Assembly: GCA_026985565.1 (NCBI GenBank)
Contig: JALSQG010000076.1
Coordinates: 1-43,881, forward strand
DNA: 43,881 nt
Reading direction: 5' to 3'
Source of the DNA: Deltaproteobacteria bacterium
GTDB taxonomy: Bacteria > Desulfobacterota > Dissulfuribacteria > Dissulfuribacterales > QOAL01
A program made the translations under genes and the position numbers. Shown here in pieces: positions 19,251-28,794 of this stretch. The notes under the pieces were generated by a model. It saw only the letters and a list, made by a program, of their open reading frames with translations, had not been told where the DNA came from and made no database searches. The first letter of the stretch is position 1. Each line of letters starts with the position of its first letter.

Positions 19251-20762
19251 TTACTTCCTTTTGGTGGCAATAAGGCTGTTTAACAACCTGGCCTCGCTGT
19301 AGGGCTTTGACAGGAAATAATCCATGCCTGCATCCATACACATGCCCCTGTTCTTGGTACTGGCGGTAAGGGCTATGATGGGAATTTCATTGTTTACAGG
19401 CATTGAGCGAATCTCTTCTGTGAGCCTGTAGCCGTCGGTGTCAGGGAGGTTTATATCCATGAAAATGGCATCGAACCTTCGTTTTTTAACTGCATTCAAT
19501 GCTGCCTTTCCTGTTGATGCAACAACTGGTTTTATTTCAAACTTCTTAAGAAGCTCAACAACGATACGCTGATTTATCCTGTCGTCTTCCACAACAAGCA
19601 CCTTCATCCCTTTTAGATCTTCAGGGCTTAGACATGACCCAGGACGGGATTCCTCAAGGGAAAATGGACACGAAAGCTGTTCCGGCTCCATCCCAAGAAC
19701 CCTCAGAACCTCTGACAACAACTGTTTACCTCTTGACGGTGCCATGACAAGGCCCAATCTCGAACATTTCTCATCTTTTTCTGAAAACCTGGCACTCATG
19801 TCCATCATCCTGATTGCAGGAACGTCAAAGTAGATAACGGGATGGCGCAAACTTTTCGCATCTAAATCGATTTCTTCTACAGTTAACTCATCCCCTGCAC
19901 CCCACTGAATAAGTGCCACCTTTTTGCAACTTTCAGGCCCCTGACTGTCGAGAGTGGTCATTGCATCATTTGGATCTTTTGCTCTAAGCACGCTGAAACC
20001 GCAACCCTTAAGACGCCTTTCCACAAGAGATGAGGACAGATCGTTTCGGCTAACAATACACGACCAAGGAGTGGGAAAGATGGGTTCTCCCCAAGGTATG
20101 TCTACTTTATTTACTTTTATGGCAAAGAAATAAGATACACCTTCGTCTTGTTCATGGATTGAAAGCTCATTTCCAAGCTCGAAAAGGAGCCTTTGGCATA
20201 TGAGTATCCTTGGATTTCTTAGGATGTCTTTTGGTGAAGGGATGGCTTGATTGCATTTTTTTGCATGAATATTAAACCTCAGCTCCTTTGGAGCATTAAT
20301 GTTGTCAACATCAATCGAAATCTTGATATCCTTTGCGGCCATATGCCTAATGGAGTAGTTGCACACCTGGGTAAGCACCTGACGCACCCGTCCCCTTGGC
20401 CCGGAAAACCACTCAGGGACTTCCTTTTCCATTGAAAGGGTTATGCTTGCCTTTTTTGCCTTAAGGGGTCCTTCTATGGTCTCCTTCATGTCTTCAAGGA
20501 GATCTGTTATAGAGAAGTCGTGTTCCAATCCCGCGGCCTCAATATCATCTTGGGACAACTCTATTATGTCATCCAAAAGAACAAGGAGGGAATTTGCCGA
20601 TTTTTCTATTGTTTTGAAGTAGTTGGCCACAGATGGCGGAAGCTCTTCCTTTGAGGCAAGCTCCGTCATGTTTAGAATGGTATTTACGGGAGAGCGTATC
20701 TCATGATGGAGGTCGGCCATGAAGGCTAACAAAGAAGCAGCAGGCCGTTTGGATTTTTCCAT
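19251..20762 (-). CDS. HisKA + degenerate HATPase-like + receiver (REC) protein
   Basis: H-box MADLHHEIRSPVNTI. C-terminal REC KVLVVEDDRINQRIV...FDAIFMDINLPDTDGY. The central region aligns to a kinase catalytic domain (RVRQVLTQVCNYSIRH) but lacks DxGxG and GxGLGL. Confidence 0.7.
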   Translation of the reverse strand: MEKSKRPAASLLAFMADLHHEIRSPVNTILNMTELASKEELPPSVANYFKTIEKSANSLLVLLDDIIELSQDDIEAAGLEHDFSITDLLEDMKETIEGPLKAKKASITLSMEKEVPEWFSGPRGRVRQVLTQVCNYSIRHMAAKDIKISIDVDNINAPKELRFNIHAKKCNQAIPSPKDILRNPRILICQRLLFELGNELSIHEQDEGVSYFFAIKVNKVDIPWGEPIFPTPWSCIVSRNDLSSSLVERRLKGCGFSVLRAKDPNDAMTTLDSQGPESCKKVALIQWGAGDELTVEEIDLDAKSLRHPVIYFDVPAIRMMDMSARFSEKDEKCSRLGLVMAPSRGKQLLSEVLRVLGMEPEQLSCPFSLEESRPGSCLSPEDLKGMKVLVVEDDRINQRIVVELLKKFEIKPVVASTGKAALNAVKKRRFDAIFMDINLPDTDGYRLTEEIRSMPVNNEIPIIALTASTKNRGMCMDAGMDYFLSKPYSEARLLNSLIATKRK

Positions 20763-20779
20763 GTAAATACCTCCATCGG

Positions 20780-23700
20780 CTATTGTTGGAGCTTGGAATC
20801 AATTAGTGCCAGGCGGTCTCTTGCAGCTTCGAACTCTAAGTCTTCAATGAGGTTTTCGAACTCGTCTAATTCGTCTTGTGGAATGAAACCCTTTATTTTG
20901 CTCTTGATCTTTTTCCACACATCCTCGCATTCAATATCATTTAATTCCAGCAGTTCGTCAAGCTGAATAAAGAGTTTTTTGAGTTCAGGGTCAGATGAAA
21001 GGGGCTCTAATGTCCTTTTTTGATAACTTAAGTCTTGTGACAAAAGGGGTTTTATTGCTGTTTCTATCTTGTAAATCCGTTTCTCAATGGATGCAATGAG
21101 CCCTTCCATATCAGACTTTTTACTTCCAAGGGCCTCTTCTGCAGAAATACACAGTTTTTTTAGTTCCACAAGGGATAGGTTTGCACACACCCCTTTCATT
21201 GTGTGAAAAAGGCGTTTAACCCCCTCTTGCCCCTGTTCCTTTTTTATTGAGTTGACCTTTTGGATCAAATGGGAATTTTCAGATACAAATCTTGAAAGCA
21301 ACTTCAGATAAAGCGTGGAATTGGAACCAAATCGCTCCTTGGCTTCATGATAATCTGCTCCGGGTATTACCGGAAATCCGGTTTCTATTTCCCGTTCTAC
21401 TTCTATTTCCTCCTTTTCCCTATAACCAATTTTTTCCTCAGAAACCCACTTTTTCAACACAGATAATACAGACTCGGGTGTTACTGGTTTCATGACAAAA
21501 TCATTCATTCCGGCCTGGAAACAACGTTCCTTGTCTTCTTTGAATACCCCCGCCGTCATGGCTATTATAGGCTTTTCGGCAAAGTCCTTATTCCTCCTAA
21601 GGGCCATTGTGGCCTGGTAGCCATCCATTTCTGGCATTTGGATATCCATGAATATGATATCATGATCTTTTTGTGCCATACCAAGAGCCTCACGCCCATT
21701 TGATGCAAAATCCACCTTTGCTCCAAGCTTTTCCAGTATCTCCTTTGCAACCATCTGGTTGATTTCGTTGTCTTCAACCACAAGGATTCTAATTTCACTA
21801 AAAGTGATGGTTTTTCCTGAACCGTTTAAGTCATGGCCACTACTTATTGAAAAGAGCCTATCAAGGCCCGCAGACACCCTCTTTAAGGTTGCGGGTTTTA
21901 TGATGGTTTCATGCTTTTTATCTAAATTTTTAAAAGAAAGGGCCTGGGCGATGTGAAAGGGCGAAAGGACCAATACGTGGTCTTTGGTGCAGCAAAAAGG
22001 GGCTATTGCCTTTGTCTGCCCCTTTTCAGAAATATCTAATATGAAGATGTGGTTTTCACCCTCAGGGGGCTCCTCATACTTTGGCTTTCCATGCCCTTGT
22101 TCGGTTTTGTTCATGGCAACGGCTTTAAACGTCTTTATTCCAAGTCTTTTTAGTATGTTTTCAAGGGACCTTTTCACTAAAAGATTTGATGTCACAATTA
22201 CTATCTCTTTTGATCCTGCGCTTTTAAGGGGACAACGGCCTGATACCGTTTTGGAGCCTGCCTTGGGGAAAGTGGCCGTGAAGACGAATGTGGTGCCAGA
22301 ACCTGGCTTGCTTTCTACTTGGATGTTTCCATCCATGAGTTCGGCTATCTTCTTGCAAATGGTCAGTCCAAGCCCTGTGCCACCAAAACGCCTTGTTGTT
22401 GAAGAATCAGCCTGGGTAAACATGTCAAAGAGATAATCGAGTCTTTCTTTTTCTATACCAATTCCGGTATCTGACACCTTAAATGAGAGTGTTACCTTAT
22501 CAGGTGTTTCATCACACACGGTGCAACCAAGAAATACCTGGCCCTGTTCAGTAAATTTCATTGCATTTGATACAAGGTTTGTCAGAAGCTGGCCAAGACG
22601 CACAGGATCGCCCTGAAGCAGGTTAGGAACCTTGTGATCTACGTCTATTACAAACTCTATGGCCTTTTCCGAGGCAATTTCAGTAAACATGTCTGCTATA
22701 TTTTCAGTCACATCTATCAAATCGAAATCGGTGCTTTCAAGCTCCATCTTGCCTGCCTCTATCTTTGAAAGATCAAGTATGTCATTAACCAAACTCAGGA
22801 GGGCATTTGCAGACACCTTTACGATATTCAAATACTGCCTCAGTTTGTCAGGAAGCTCCATCTCAAGGGCAAGTGCAGTTATTCCGGTTATTGCGTTTAG
22901 TGGCGTCCTTATCTCATGACTCATGTTGGCTAAAAAGTCCGACTTTGCCTTACTAGCCTTTTCGGCCCGTTCTTCGGCAATGCGCATCTCTTCGGCCTGT
23001 TCCTTAAGAAGCTCGTTGGACTTTTCAAGCTCTATTGTCCTTTGCCTTACCTTTTCTTCAAGCCCTTTTGCAAAATCTTCGAGTTTACGAGTGTATTCAG
23101 CCCTGATCTGCTCCTTTTCTTTTTGAAGCAGACTCAACCTGTCACTGAGGGCCATGGACAAAAGTATAACCTCCCAGGCAGAACCTATCTGTATGCCCCA
23201 TACGGTTAAGAAGTTATTTGGCAAAAACCCAAAGGACTTAATGGCATAGATGGCAGCTGCAGCCATTGAAATGGACCATGCAAGGGCATAATATCTTGCT
23301 GGCCTATAGCCTCTGTAGAGGCACAAAAAACCTGCAAATATGTGTACCACAACAGTCATGCTTATGAGGGTTGCGGCCTTTATACTTACCTTATAGGGAA
23401 AGAACATACAAAGTACAGCGCAGATTAACGAAAGCCACATTAATGCTGCCAGCACCTTGTCTACATTGGGTGCAACCCTTCGAGTATTAATGATCTGCCT
23501 GGTAAAAAGGGTACCAAACAGGTATGCCACTAAGATGAAAAGGGGTAGGCTTTCATTTGCCCACCAGATGCTGTAGGGCCAAAGGTACTTAAAGGCTACA
23601 CCTGTTAAATCAAGCTGAAACAGGAAATTAAAGATAACAAACAGAACATAATAAAGATATACCGACTCTCTTATTGTAAAATAAAGAATAAGATTATAGG

Positions 23701-24358
23701 CCAGCATGGCAAACAGTATTCCAAAGTATATGCCAAGTGCCGTTTCCTCATTCTCGATCTTGTCCATAAAAGCTGCCTGCGTATACAAGCGGGCCGGAAT
23801 ATTGAGGGAACTGGATGTTTTGACCTTAAGAAAATAATCTACCGTGGTTTTGCCTGGTATTTTGATAATGAATACGAAATTCCTGTACGGTATTGGTCTT
23901 TTTGAAAAATTATATCTATCTCCCTGATGGTAAACTGTGTATTTACCTTTTCCATCAGGCACGTATAGATCAATATAATCAAGGAGAGGGTACTCAACCT
24001 CAAGGAAACGGGTGGCTTTAGTATTATAGGGGTTTTTTATAGTGAATTTGAACCAGTATACAGATGATGTAAATCCAAATCCGGGATATAGGCTTTTGCA
24101 TCTATTAAAGGCCGCTGAATTCGCAGGGTCGGAAACATCCTCTATGTCAAAGGTGCCTTCTTTGTCTTCAAGATAATGGAGATAGGGACCAAGAAAAAGC
24201 TCCTTTTCATGGGAAGAAAGTCTTATAACGCCACTATTGTCTGCTGCCTGGCCATAGGAACATAAAAAAAGGCATGAAAATGCTATTATACTTGAAAGGA
24301 TTAAGAGCCTAAAAAAAGGTAACCTTTCGTCTTCATGCCACAGTTTATTTGAAATCAT
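20780..24358 (-). CDS. Hybrid sensor histidine kinase (7TMR-DISM-type sensor, HisKA, HATPase, pseudo-receiver, REC, HPt)
   Basis: 1192 aa. Periplasmic N-domain plus 7 TM helices of 7TMR-DISM type. FLANMSHEIRTPLNAITG; NLVSNAMKFT, DTGIGI, GGTGLGLTICKK. REC ILVVEDNEINQ...IIFMDIQMPEMDGY. HPt LFHTMKGVCANL. Confidence 0.85.
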   Translation of the reverse strand: MISNKLWHEDERLPFFRLLILSSIIAFSCLFLCSYGQAADNSGVIRLSSHEKELFLGPYLHYLEDKEGTFDIEDVSDPANSAAFNRCKSLYPGFGFTSSVYWFKFTIKNPYNTKATRFLEVEYPLLDYIDLYVPDGKGKYTVYHQGDRYNFSKRPIPYRNFVFIIKIPGKTTVDYFLKVKTSSSLNIPARLYTQAAFMDKIENEETALGIYFGILFAMLAYNLILYFTIRESVYLYYVLFVIFNFLFQLDLTGVAFKYLWPYSIWWANESLPLFILVAYLFGTLFTRQIINTRRVAPNVDKVLAALMWLSLICAVLCMFFPYKVSIKAATLISMTVVVHIFAGFLCLYRGYRPARYYALAWSISMAAAAIYAIKSFGFLPNNFLTVWGIQIGSAWEVILLSMALSDRLSLLQKEKEQIRAEYTRKLEDFAKGLEEKVRQRTIELEKSNELLKEQAEEMRIAEERAEKASKAKSDFLANMSHEIRTPLNAITGITALALEMELPDKLRQYLNIVKVSANALLSLVNDILDLSKIEAGKMELESTDFDLIDVTENIADMFTEIASEKAIEFVIDVDHKVPNLLQGDPVRLGQLLTNLVSNAMKFTEQGQVFLGCTVCDETPDKVTLSFKVSDTGIGIEKERLDYLFDMFTQADSSTTRRFGGTGLGLTICKKIAELMDGNIQVESKPGSGTTFVFTATFPKAGSKTVSGRCPLKSAGSKEIVIVTSNLLVKRSLENILKRLGIKTFKAVAMNKTEQGHGKPKYEEPPEGENHIFILDISEKGQTKAIAPFCCTKDHVLVLSPFHIAQALSFKNLDKKHETIIKPATLKRVSAGLDRLFSISSGHDLNGSGKTITFSEIRILVVEDNEINQMVAKEILEKLGAKVDFASNGREALGMAQKDHDIIFMDIQMPEMDGYQATMALRRNKDFAEKPIIAMTAGVFKEDKERCFQAGMNDFVMKPVTPESVLSVLKKWVSEEKIGYREKEEIEVEREIETGFPVIPGADYHEAKERFGSNSTLYLKLLSRFVSENSHLIQKVNSIKKEQGQEGVKRLFHTMKGVCANLSLVELKKLCISAEEALGSKKSDMEGLIASIEKRIYKIETAIKPLLSQDLSYQKRTLEPLSSDPELKKLFIQLDELLELNDIECEDVWKKIKSKIKGFIPQDELDEFENLIEDLEFEAARDRLALIDSKLQQ

Positions 24359-25224
24359 CTATGCTTTTTCAAGGCCTTTGGTGGGGTTGAACCTCCAAAT
24401 ACCGACTCTCCAGGCTGTACCACCCCTTTTGGCATATCTGGCACCTTTTCACCACCAAGCAGGTAACCACCATCAAGAATGATACGGGAACCTGTCATAA
24501 AGGGGGCATCAAAAATCATAAAGGATATGGCCTTTTCTATGTCGCTTAGCCTTCCTGTCCTACTGACAAGTGTATGATCAAGGATTGCCTTTTTTTCTTC
24601 AGCAGAAAGGACGCCCCAGCCTCTGGTTCCAGGACCGTGGCGCGTTTCAAAAAATCCAAGCATCAGTTCGTTTACCCTTACATTTGGTGCACCCACTCTT
24701 GCCCACTGCTCAGTAAGCAAGCCTATTGCCCTGTTTGAAAGGCTGTAGCAGTCATTGAATACAAGGCCAGCAGGCCCACAGCGCCCAGTAAGTGCAGATA
24801 TGGAACTTATGTTGATCACACAGCCATTATCTGATTTTTTAAGAAAGGGAAGTGATTTGTCAAAAAGATGCCACTTAGCGGTTACAGTGGTTTCGAACTC
24901 TAAATCCCACTGCTCTTTTGTATATGGTCCATGTACTGCTGGCCAACCCCCCCTTTCGATGTTGTTTACCAGGATGTCAAGGCGTCCGAATTCATCCATG
25001 GCCTGTGAAACAACCTTCTGGGCACCTTGGGCATGTCTAAGGTCTGTCTCAACGGTCACGTAGTTGCCACCTGTTTCCTCAAGGTATTCGTGCATGGAAT
25101 TTAGCTCGTCAAGCCAGTCAAAATAGGTGATAACGCAGTTTATGCCCCTTTTTAGCAGCCCTCTGGCTATCTCAAGGCCAATTCCCTTTATGGCCCCTGT
25201 AACGATTGCCACGCGGGATTCCAT
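24355..25224 (-). CDS. Short-chain dehydrogenase/reductase (SDR) family protein, atypical active site
   Basis: VAIVTGAIKGIGLEIARG (TGxxxGxG) and VINISSISA. The expected YxxxK reads YSLSN. The stop overlaps the kinase ATG (ATGA). Confidence 0.75.
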   Translation of the reverse strand: MESRVAIVTGAIKGIGLEIARGLLKRGINCVITYFDWLDELNSMHEYLEETGGNYVTVETDLRHAQGAQKVVSQAMDEFGRLDILVNNIERGGWPAVHGPYTKEQWDLEFETTVTAKWHLFDKSLPFLKKSDNGCVINISSISALTGRCGPAGLVFNDCYSLSNRAIGLLTEQWARVGAPNVRVNELMLGFFETRHGPGTRGWGVLSAEEKKAILDHTLVSRTGRLSDIEKAISFMIFDAPFMTGSRIILDGGYLLGGEKVPDMPKGVVQPGESVFGGSTPPKALKKHR

Positions 25225-25351
25225 TCATTCCCCTCCATCTTGCGTTTGAGATAAAAAGGCAAGGATCGGTCAAGGTGGTTTCTTTTGTTCTTTTGTTGGA
25301 TTAGGTTTATACTATTTCAATAAAAAATAAAAGATCAAAAGAGGTTTGAAT

Positions 25352-26158
25352 ATGTATGCACCAAAAGATGTGGAAAAACCTATAGTTCCTGTAAGGCTTG
25401 ATCTTGACAGTACAATATGTTTCACCTGCGACAAAGAGCTTGCCTGTTTTACAAAATGTTGCCACAACAATTCCACCTTCCTAACACCTTATGACATAAT
25501 AAGGCTAAAGCAGCGACTTGACATGCCATCAGACGAATTTCTTCTCACTTTCACAACTCCTGGCAAGGTGGAGGCTTCTGATCTACCTGTGCCAATGATA
25601 AAACTTGTTGAGGACAGGAACAATGCCTGCCCTTTTTTGGGAGAAGAAGGTTGTAATGTATATGAAGACCGACCAGTTGCCTGTAGATACTACCCAGTGG
25701 CAGCAGGGCTTTTTCATAATTTTGATCTTTCCGATAATGAAAACTTTTTTGCATTAATAAAGGAGGCCCACTGCCTTGGCCATGATCTTGGCCAGGAAAT
25801 GACCATAGCTAAATGGCGCAAACAACAAGGCATACCGCCCTATGACGAAAACAACAGGGGCTGGGTTGAGATAATCCTTAGACGAAAAAGCCTTGGCCCC
25901 TTTGTTGAAATACCAGAGAAGACCCTACAGATGTTTTTTATGGCGTGCTACAACCTTGATGCATTCAGACGCTTTGTTTTCAAAAGCAATTTTCTGAAAA
26001 TTTATAGGGTTTCTTCAGAAAGGCTGGAAGAAGTAGAAAATGATGATGTTGCCCTTTTGCATCTTGGCTATGACTGGCTTATGACCACTTTATTCGGTGC
26101 CGGAAGACTTGAACTAATAGAACAGGTGGTGGAAGCCGATGAAGTTGAGGTGGATTAA
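25352..26158 (+). CDS. YkgJ-family (UPF0153) cysteine-cluster protein
   Basis: CFTCDKELACFTKCCHN and CPFLGEEGCNVYEDRPVACRYYP match the CxxCx(n)CC / CPFL pattern. ATG at 25352 lies 7 nt after GAGG; the ORF-track TTG at 25346 is less likely. Confidence 0.65.
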   Translation: MYAPKDVEKPIVPVRLDLDSTICFTCDKELACFTKCCHNNSTFLTPYDIIRLKQRLDMPSDEFLLTFTTPGKVEASDLPVPMIKLVEDRNNACPFLGEEGCNVYEDRPVACRYYPVAAGLFHNFDLSDNENFFALIKEAHCLGHDLGQEMTIAKWRKQQGIPPYDENNRGWVEIILRRKSLGPFVEIPEKTLQMFFMACYNLDAFRRFVFKSNFLKIYRVSSERLEEVENDDVALLHLGYDWLMTTLFGAGRLELIEQVVEADEVEVD

Positions 26159-26198
26159 AAGATAAATTTGATACAAGGAGCAAGATCTTTTTATATTT

Positions 26199-26804
26199 TT
26201 ATTTTGCCGAAGTGATCTTTTTCTCCTCACCCTTTCTCAGTCTGGCTATGTTGTCTTTATGTCTTAGCCAGATAATAAAACAGACCGTCCAGGCCATGGT
26301 CTGAATAATTGAATCGTTTTTGAAAAAAAACAACAACACGGGCATCAAAGCAACGGATGCAAGAGATCCAACAGATACGTAACCCGTGTAGTATAGGGCT
26401 CCAGCAAACACTACTGCAGCTATTGCCACAGCCTTTGGACATATTGCGAGAAAGACACCAAGGGCTGTTGCCACACCTTTTCCGCCTTTGAATGTGAGAA
26501 AAACAGAATAGCAGTGACCTGCTACGGCAGCCAAACCGGTAAGGGCAACTATAATTGATGGCAGCTCAAGCCTTATTGCTGCCAAAACAGGCAGATAACC
26601 CTTTAATGTGTCGCAAAGCAAAGTGGTTATTCCCCAGCCTTTCCCAAGGACCCTGGAGATGTTTGTTGCTCCTATGTTTCCGCTTCCATGCAGCCTTGGA
26701 TCTATCCCTTTTGCCTTTGAAAATACAAGTCCAAAAGGAACAGAACCAAGGAGGTAGGCAATAGCTGGCAAAAGATATGGATAGTCTGCAATTATTTGTT
26801 TCAT
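26199..26804 (-). CDS. plsY: Glycerol-3-phosphate acyltransferase PlsY
   Basis: YLLGSVPFGLVFSKAKGIDPRLHGSGNIGATNISRVLG is the PlsY signature. 201 aa, multi-pass membrane protein. Confidence 0.9.
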   Translation of the reverse strand: MKQIIADYPYLLPAIAYLLGSVPFGLVFSKAKGIDPRLHGSGNIGATNISRVLGKGWGITTLLCDTLKGYLPVLAAIRLELPSIIVALTGLAAVAGHCYSVFLTFKGGKGVATALGVFLAICPKAVAIAAVVFAGALYYTGYVSVGSLASVALMPVLLFFFKNDSIIQTMAWTVCFIIWLRHKDNIARLRKGEEKKITSAK

Positions 26805-26808
26805 AATT

Positions 26809-27438
26809 TCATTTTTTACTGAGGATTCTTTCTATATCTATAAAACTGGTTGCGTGAAAAGGGGTATCAAGGTCTTTGTTCTTATATGCGATTAGGGGAA
26901 TGGACACTGCCTTTGCCGTATCTTCATCCACCTTTGAATCACCTACATATACTGCATCTTCGGGCCCGCATCCAAGCCTTTTGAAAATCAGCTCTATTCC
27001 TTCAGGATGTGGTTTTGGTCTTTTCACATCAAGGGCACACACTATTTGGTCAAACAGTTCGTAGAGGCTGTAAAGTTCTATGAGTCTCGGCATAGTGGTG
27101 CTTCTGTTTGTTGAAATTGCAGTTAGTTTTTCTTTTTTTAGCCGCCTTATCGTCTCTTCCATACCTGGCTCTTTGGTCATAAGGGGTAAGAAATCAGCGT
27201 AATCAAGCCCATCATACACCTTGAATGCCTCTTGAATCAGTTCTGGATATTCTCGAAAAAGGAAATTAATGGAATCAAAGGCAGTGTGCATGTGACAAAA
27301 TGCCATCTCGTCTTCGCCTACAGGTGCCCTTCCAGCCTTTGTTGCAATTTCGTTATAAAAAGCCCGGTTTGCCTCAAGAGAATTGAAAAGAACACCGTCA
27401 CAATCAAATATGATGAGTCTTCTTTTTGAAAGATTCAT
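26809..27438 (-). CDS. HAD-superfamily hydrolase (phosphoglycolate phosphatase-like)
   Basis: Motif I LIIFDCDGVLFNS, motif II ISTNRS, motif IV YVGDSKVD. Confidence 0.8.
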   Translation of the reverse strand: MNLSKRRLIIFDCDGVLFNSLEANRAFYNEIATKAGRAPVGEDEMAFCHMHTAFDSINFLFREYPELIQEAFKVYDGLDYADFLPLMTKEPGMEETIRRLKKEKLTAISTNRSTTMPRLIELYSLYELFDQIVCALDVKRPKPHPEGIELIFKRLGCGPEDAVYVGDSKVDEDTAKAVSIPLIAYKNKDLDTPFHATSFIDIERILSKK

Positions 27439-27439
27439 C

Positions 27440-28588
27440 CTATGTCAACCTTTCCAAATCGTTTTTCATTTTAAAACCCTTAATTTCTTCTGTTTTTTCA
27501 ACTGCCTTTGATACAACAAATACCTTGTGAGTCTCTCCCATTCCCTGGGGAAATATAAGAGACTTTACAGTTGCAAGCACAGGAGAAAAGGGCTCAAGCC
27601 TTCCAAAGGCCTTGTTGATGGTATCTTCTATGTCAAGTCCTCCAAGAAAGGCCCACTGAGGACAAAAACCTTCTATATTGAAACCATTTTTTTCGAACCA
27701 ATCCCTGGCGTCTGAAAAATTTACATGGGCAGTGATATCTATTAGTCCTGGAAAATCAAGAAAACTTTCTGTCACCTGTTGCCCAGTGTATCCAAGAAGG
27801 GTCCCCCTGTTCCTATAGGGGGCGTAATATTCCTCCCTTGGGTATCCATAATCAATAAATATGGCAAATCCCTTTTTAAAAAAGGATGAAAAATCCTTTA
27901 TCCAGTGTCTCATTTCAAGATTTACCTCTGTCCGATAACCTGGAGACAGATCCTTTAGATAGGTTTCAACATATCTTTTGAGTTCCTTATTTCTGATGTC
28001 TTTTGCTTTCTCCACAAGGTTACCCTCATGATCCAGATCTATGAATATCTCCAAAAAACCACTATCCCCTTTTTCTATCAGATGAACAGGAAAGGCATCC
28101 AAGAGTTCGTTAGCCACAACTACGCCAGTAAAGGGGGCAACTTTTGAGAAATCATCAACTATTTCAAGTTTGTCTTTATGATCTTGTAACCCTTTTGATA
28201 AAATATCTCTTCTTGCTGGAAGTGGTTCCACTATCAGGTACTTTATACGTTCGTAGATCTTACAGTGAAAATCTTTGTAAAATTCAAGAATGTCTTTTGC
28301 CAAAAAACCTGTTCCTGCGCCAAATTCACAAAGTAGCAGTTCATGAGTATCTGGGAGCATCTGGAAAAATTGCCTAATCTGAACAGCAAGAAGATATCCA
28401 AAAAGCCTGCTTGTGTGGGGAGCAGTTACGAAATCCCCATGCTTACCTATTGGTAATTCCTTTTGTGAATAATAGCCATATGTTGGTTCATAAAGACATA
28501 TCTCCATGAAATCTTTGAAAGAAATTGGACCATTTTTGGTTATCGTATCTTTCAGTAATTTTTTAATTCCCTGATTTTCAGCAAACAT
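27440..28588 (-). CDS. Class I SAM-dependent methyltransferase, MidA/NDUFAF7 (DUF185)-like
   Basis: GDFVTAPHTSRLFG and LCEFGAGTGFLAKDIL resemble the MidA family signature. 382 aa. Confidence 0.7.
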   Translation of the reverse strand: MFAENQGIKKLLKDTITKNGPISFKDFMEICLYEPTYGYYSQKELPIGKHGDFVTAPHTSRLFGYLLAVQIRQFFQMLPDTHELLLCEFGAGTGFLAKDILEFYKDFHCKIYERIKYLIVEPLPARRDILSKGLQDHKDKLEIVDDFSKVAPFTGVVVANELLDAFPVHLIEKGDSGFLEIFIDLDHEGNLVEKAKDIRNKELKRYVETYLKDLSPGYRTEVNLEMRHWIKDFSSFFKKGFAIFIDYGYPREEYYAPYRNRGTLLGYTGQQVTESFLDFPGLIDITAHVNFSDARDWFEKNGFNIEGFCPQWAFLGGLDIEDTINKAFGRLEPFSPVLATVKSLIFPQGMGETHKVFVVSKAVEKTEEIKGFKMKNDLERLT

Positions 28589-28794
28589 TTCTTATCGACG
28601 CTTTTGAAATAAAAGTTAAAAACTTTTTAAATATCGCTTTTTTTATGAAAGTTGTTCAAACTTGTGAAAAATTTATGTCTTTTAAAGGTTTCATTATGAA
28701 AATTTTTGTTATATTTTCATGAGCATAATCTGCTTTTCAATATTTGAGCAATCCTTAGTCTTAATCTTATTTTTTTAAAGATAGAGGAAGAATA

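Noticed and set aside
21984-23126. Plus-strand ORFs inside the hybrid kinase gene (21984..22436, 22659..22919, 22923..23126)
   Set aside because: They are antisense to the conserved HisKA/HATPase coding sequence and have Ser/Phe-rich low-complexity translations.
28589-28794. Calling this spacer oriC
   Set aside because: I found no consensus DnaA box, only 2-mismatch 9-mers, and dnaA is not adjacent. I kept it as a low-interest finding rather than a feature.
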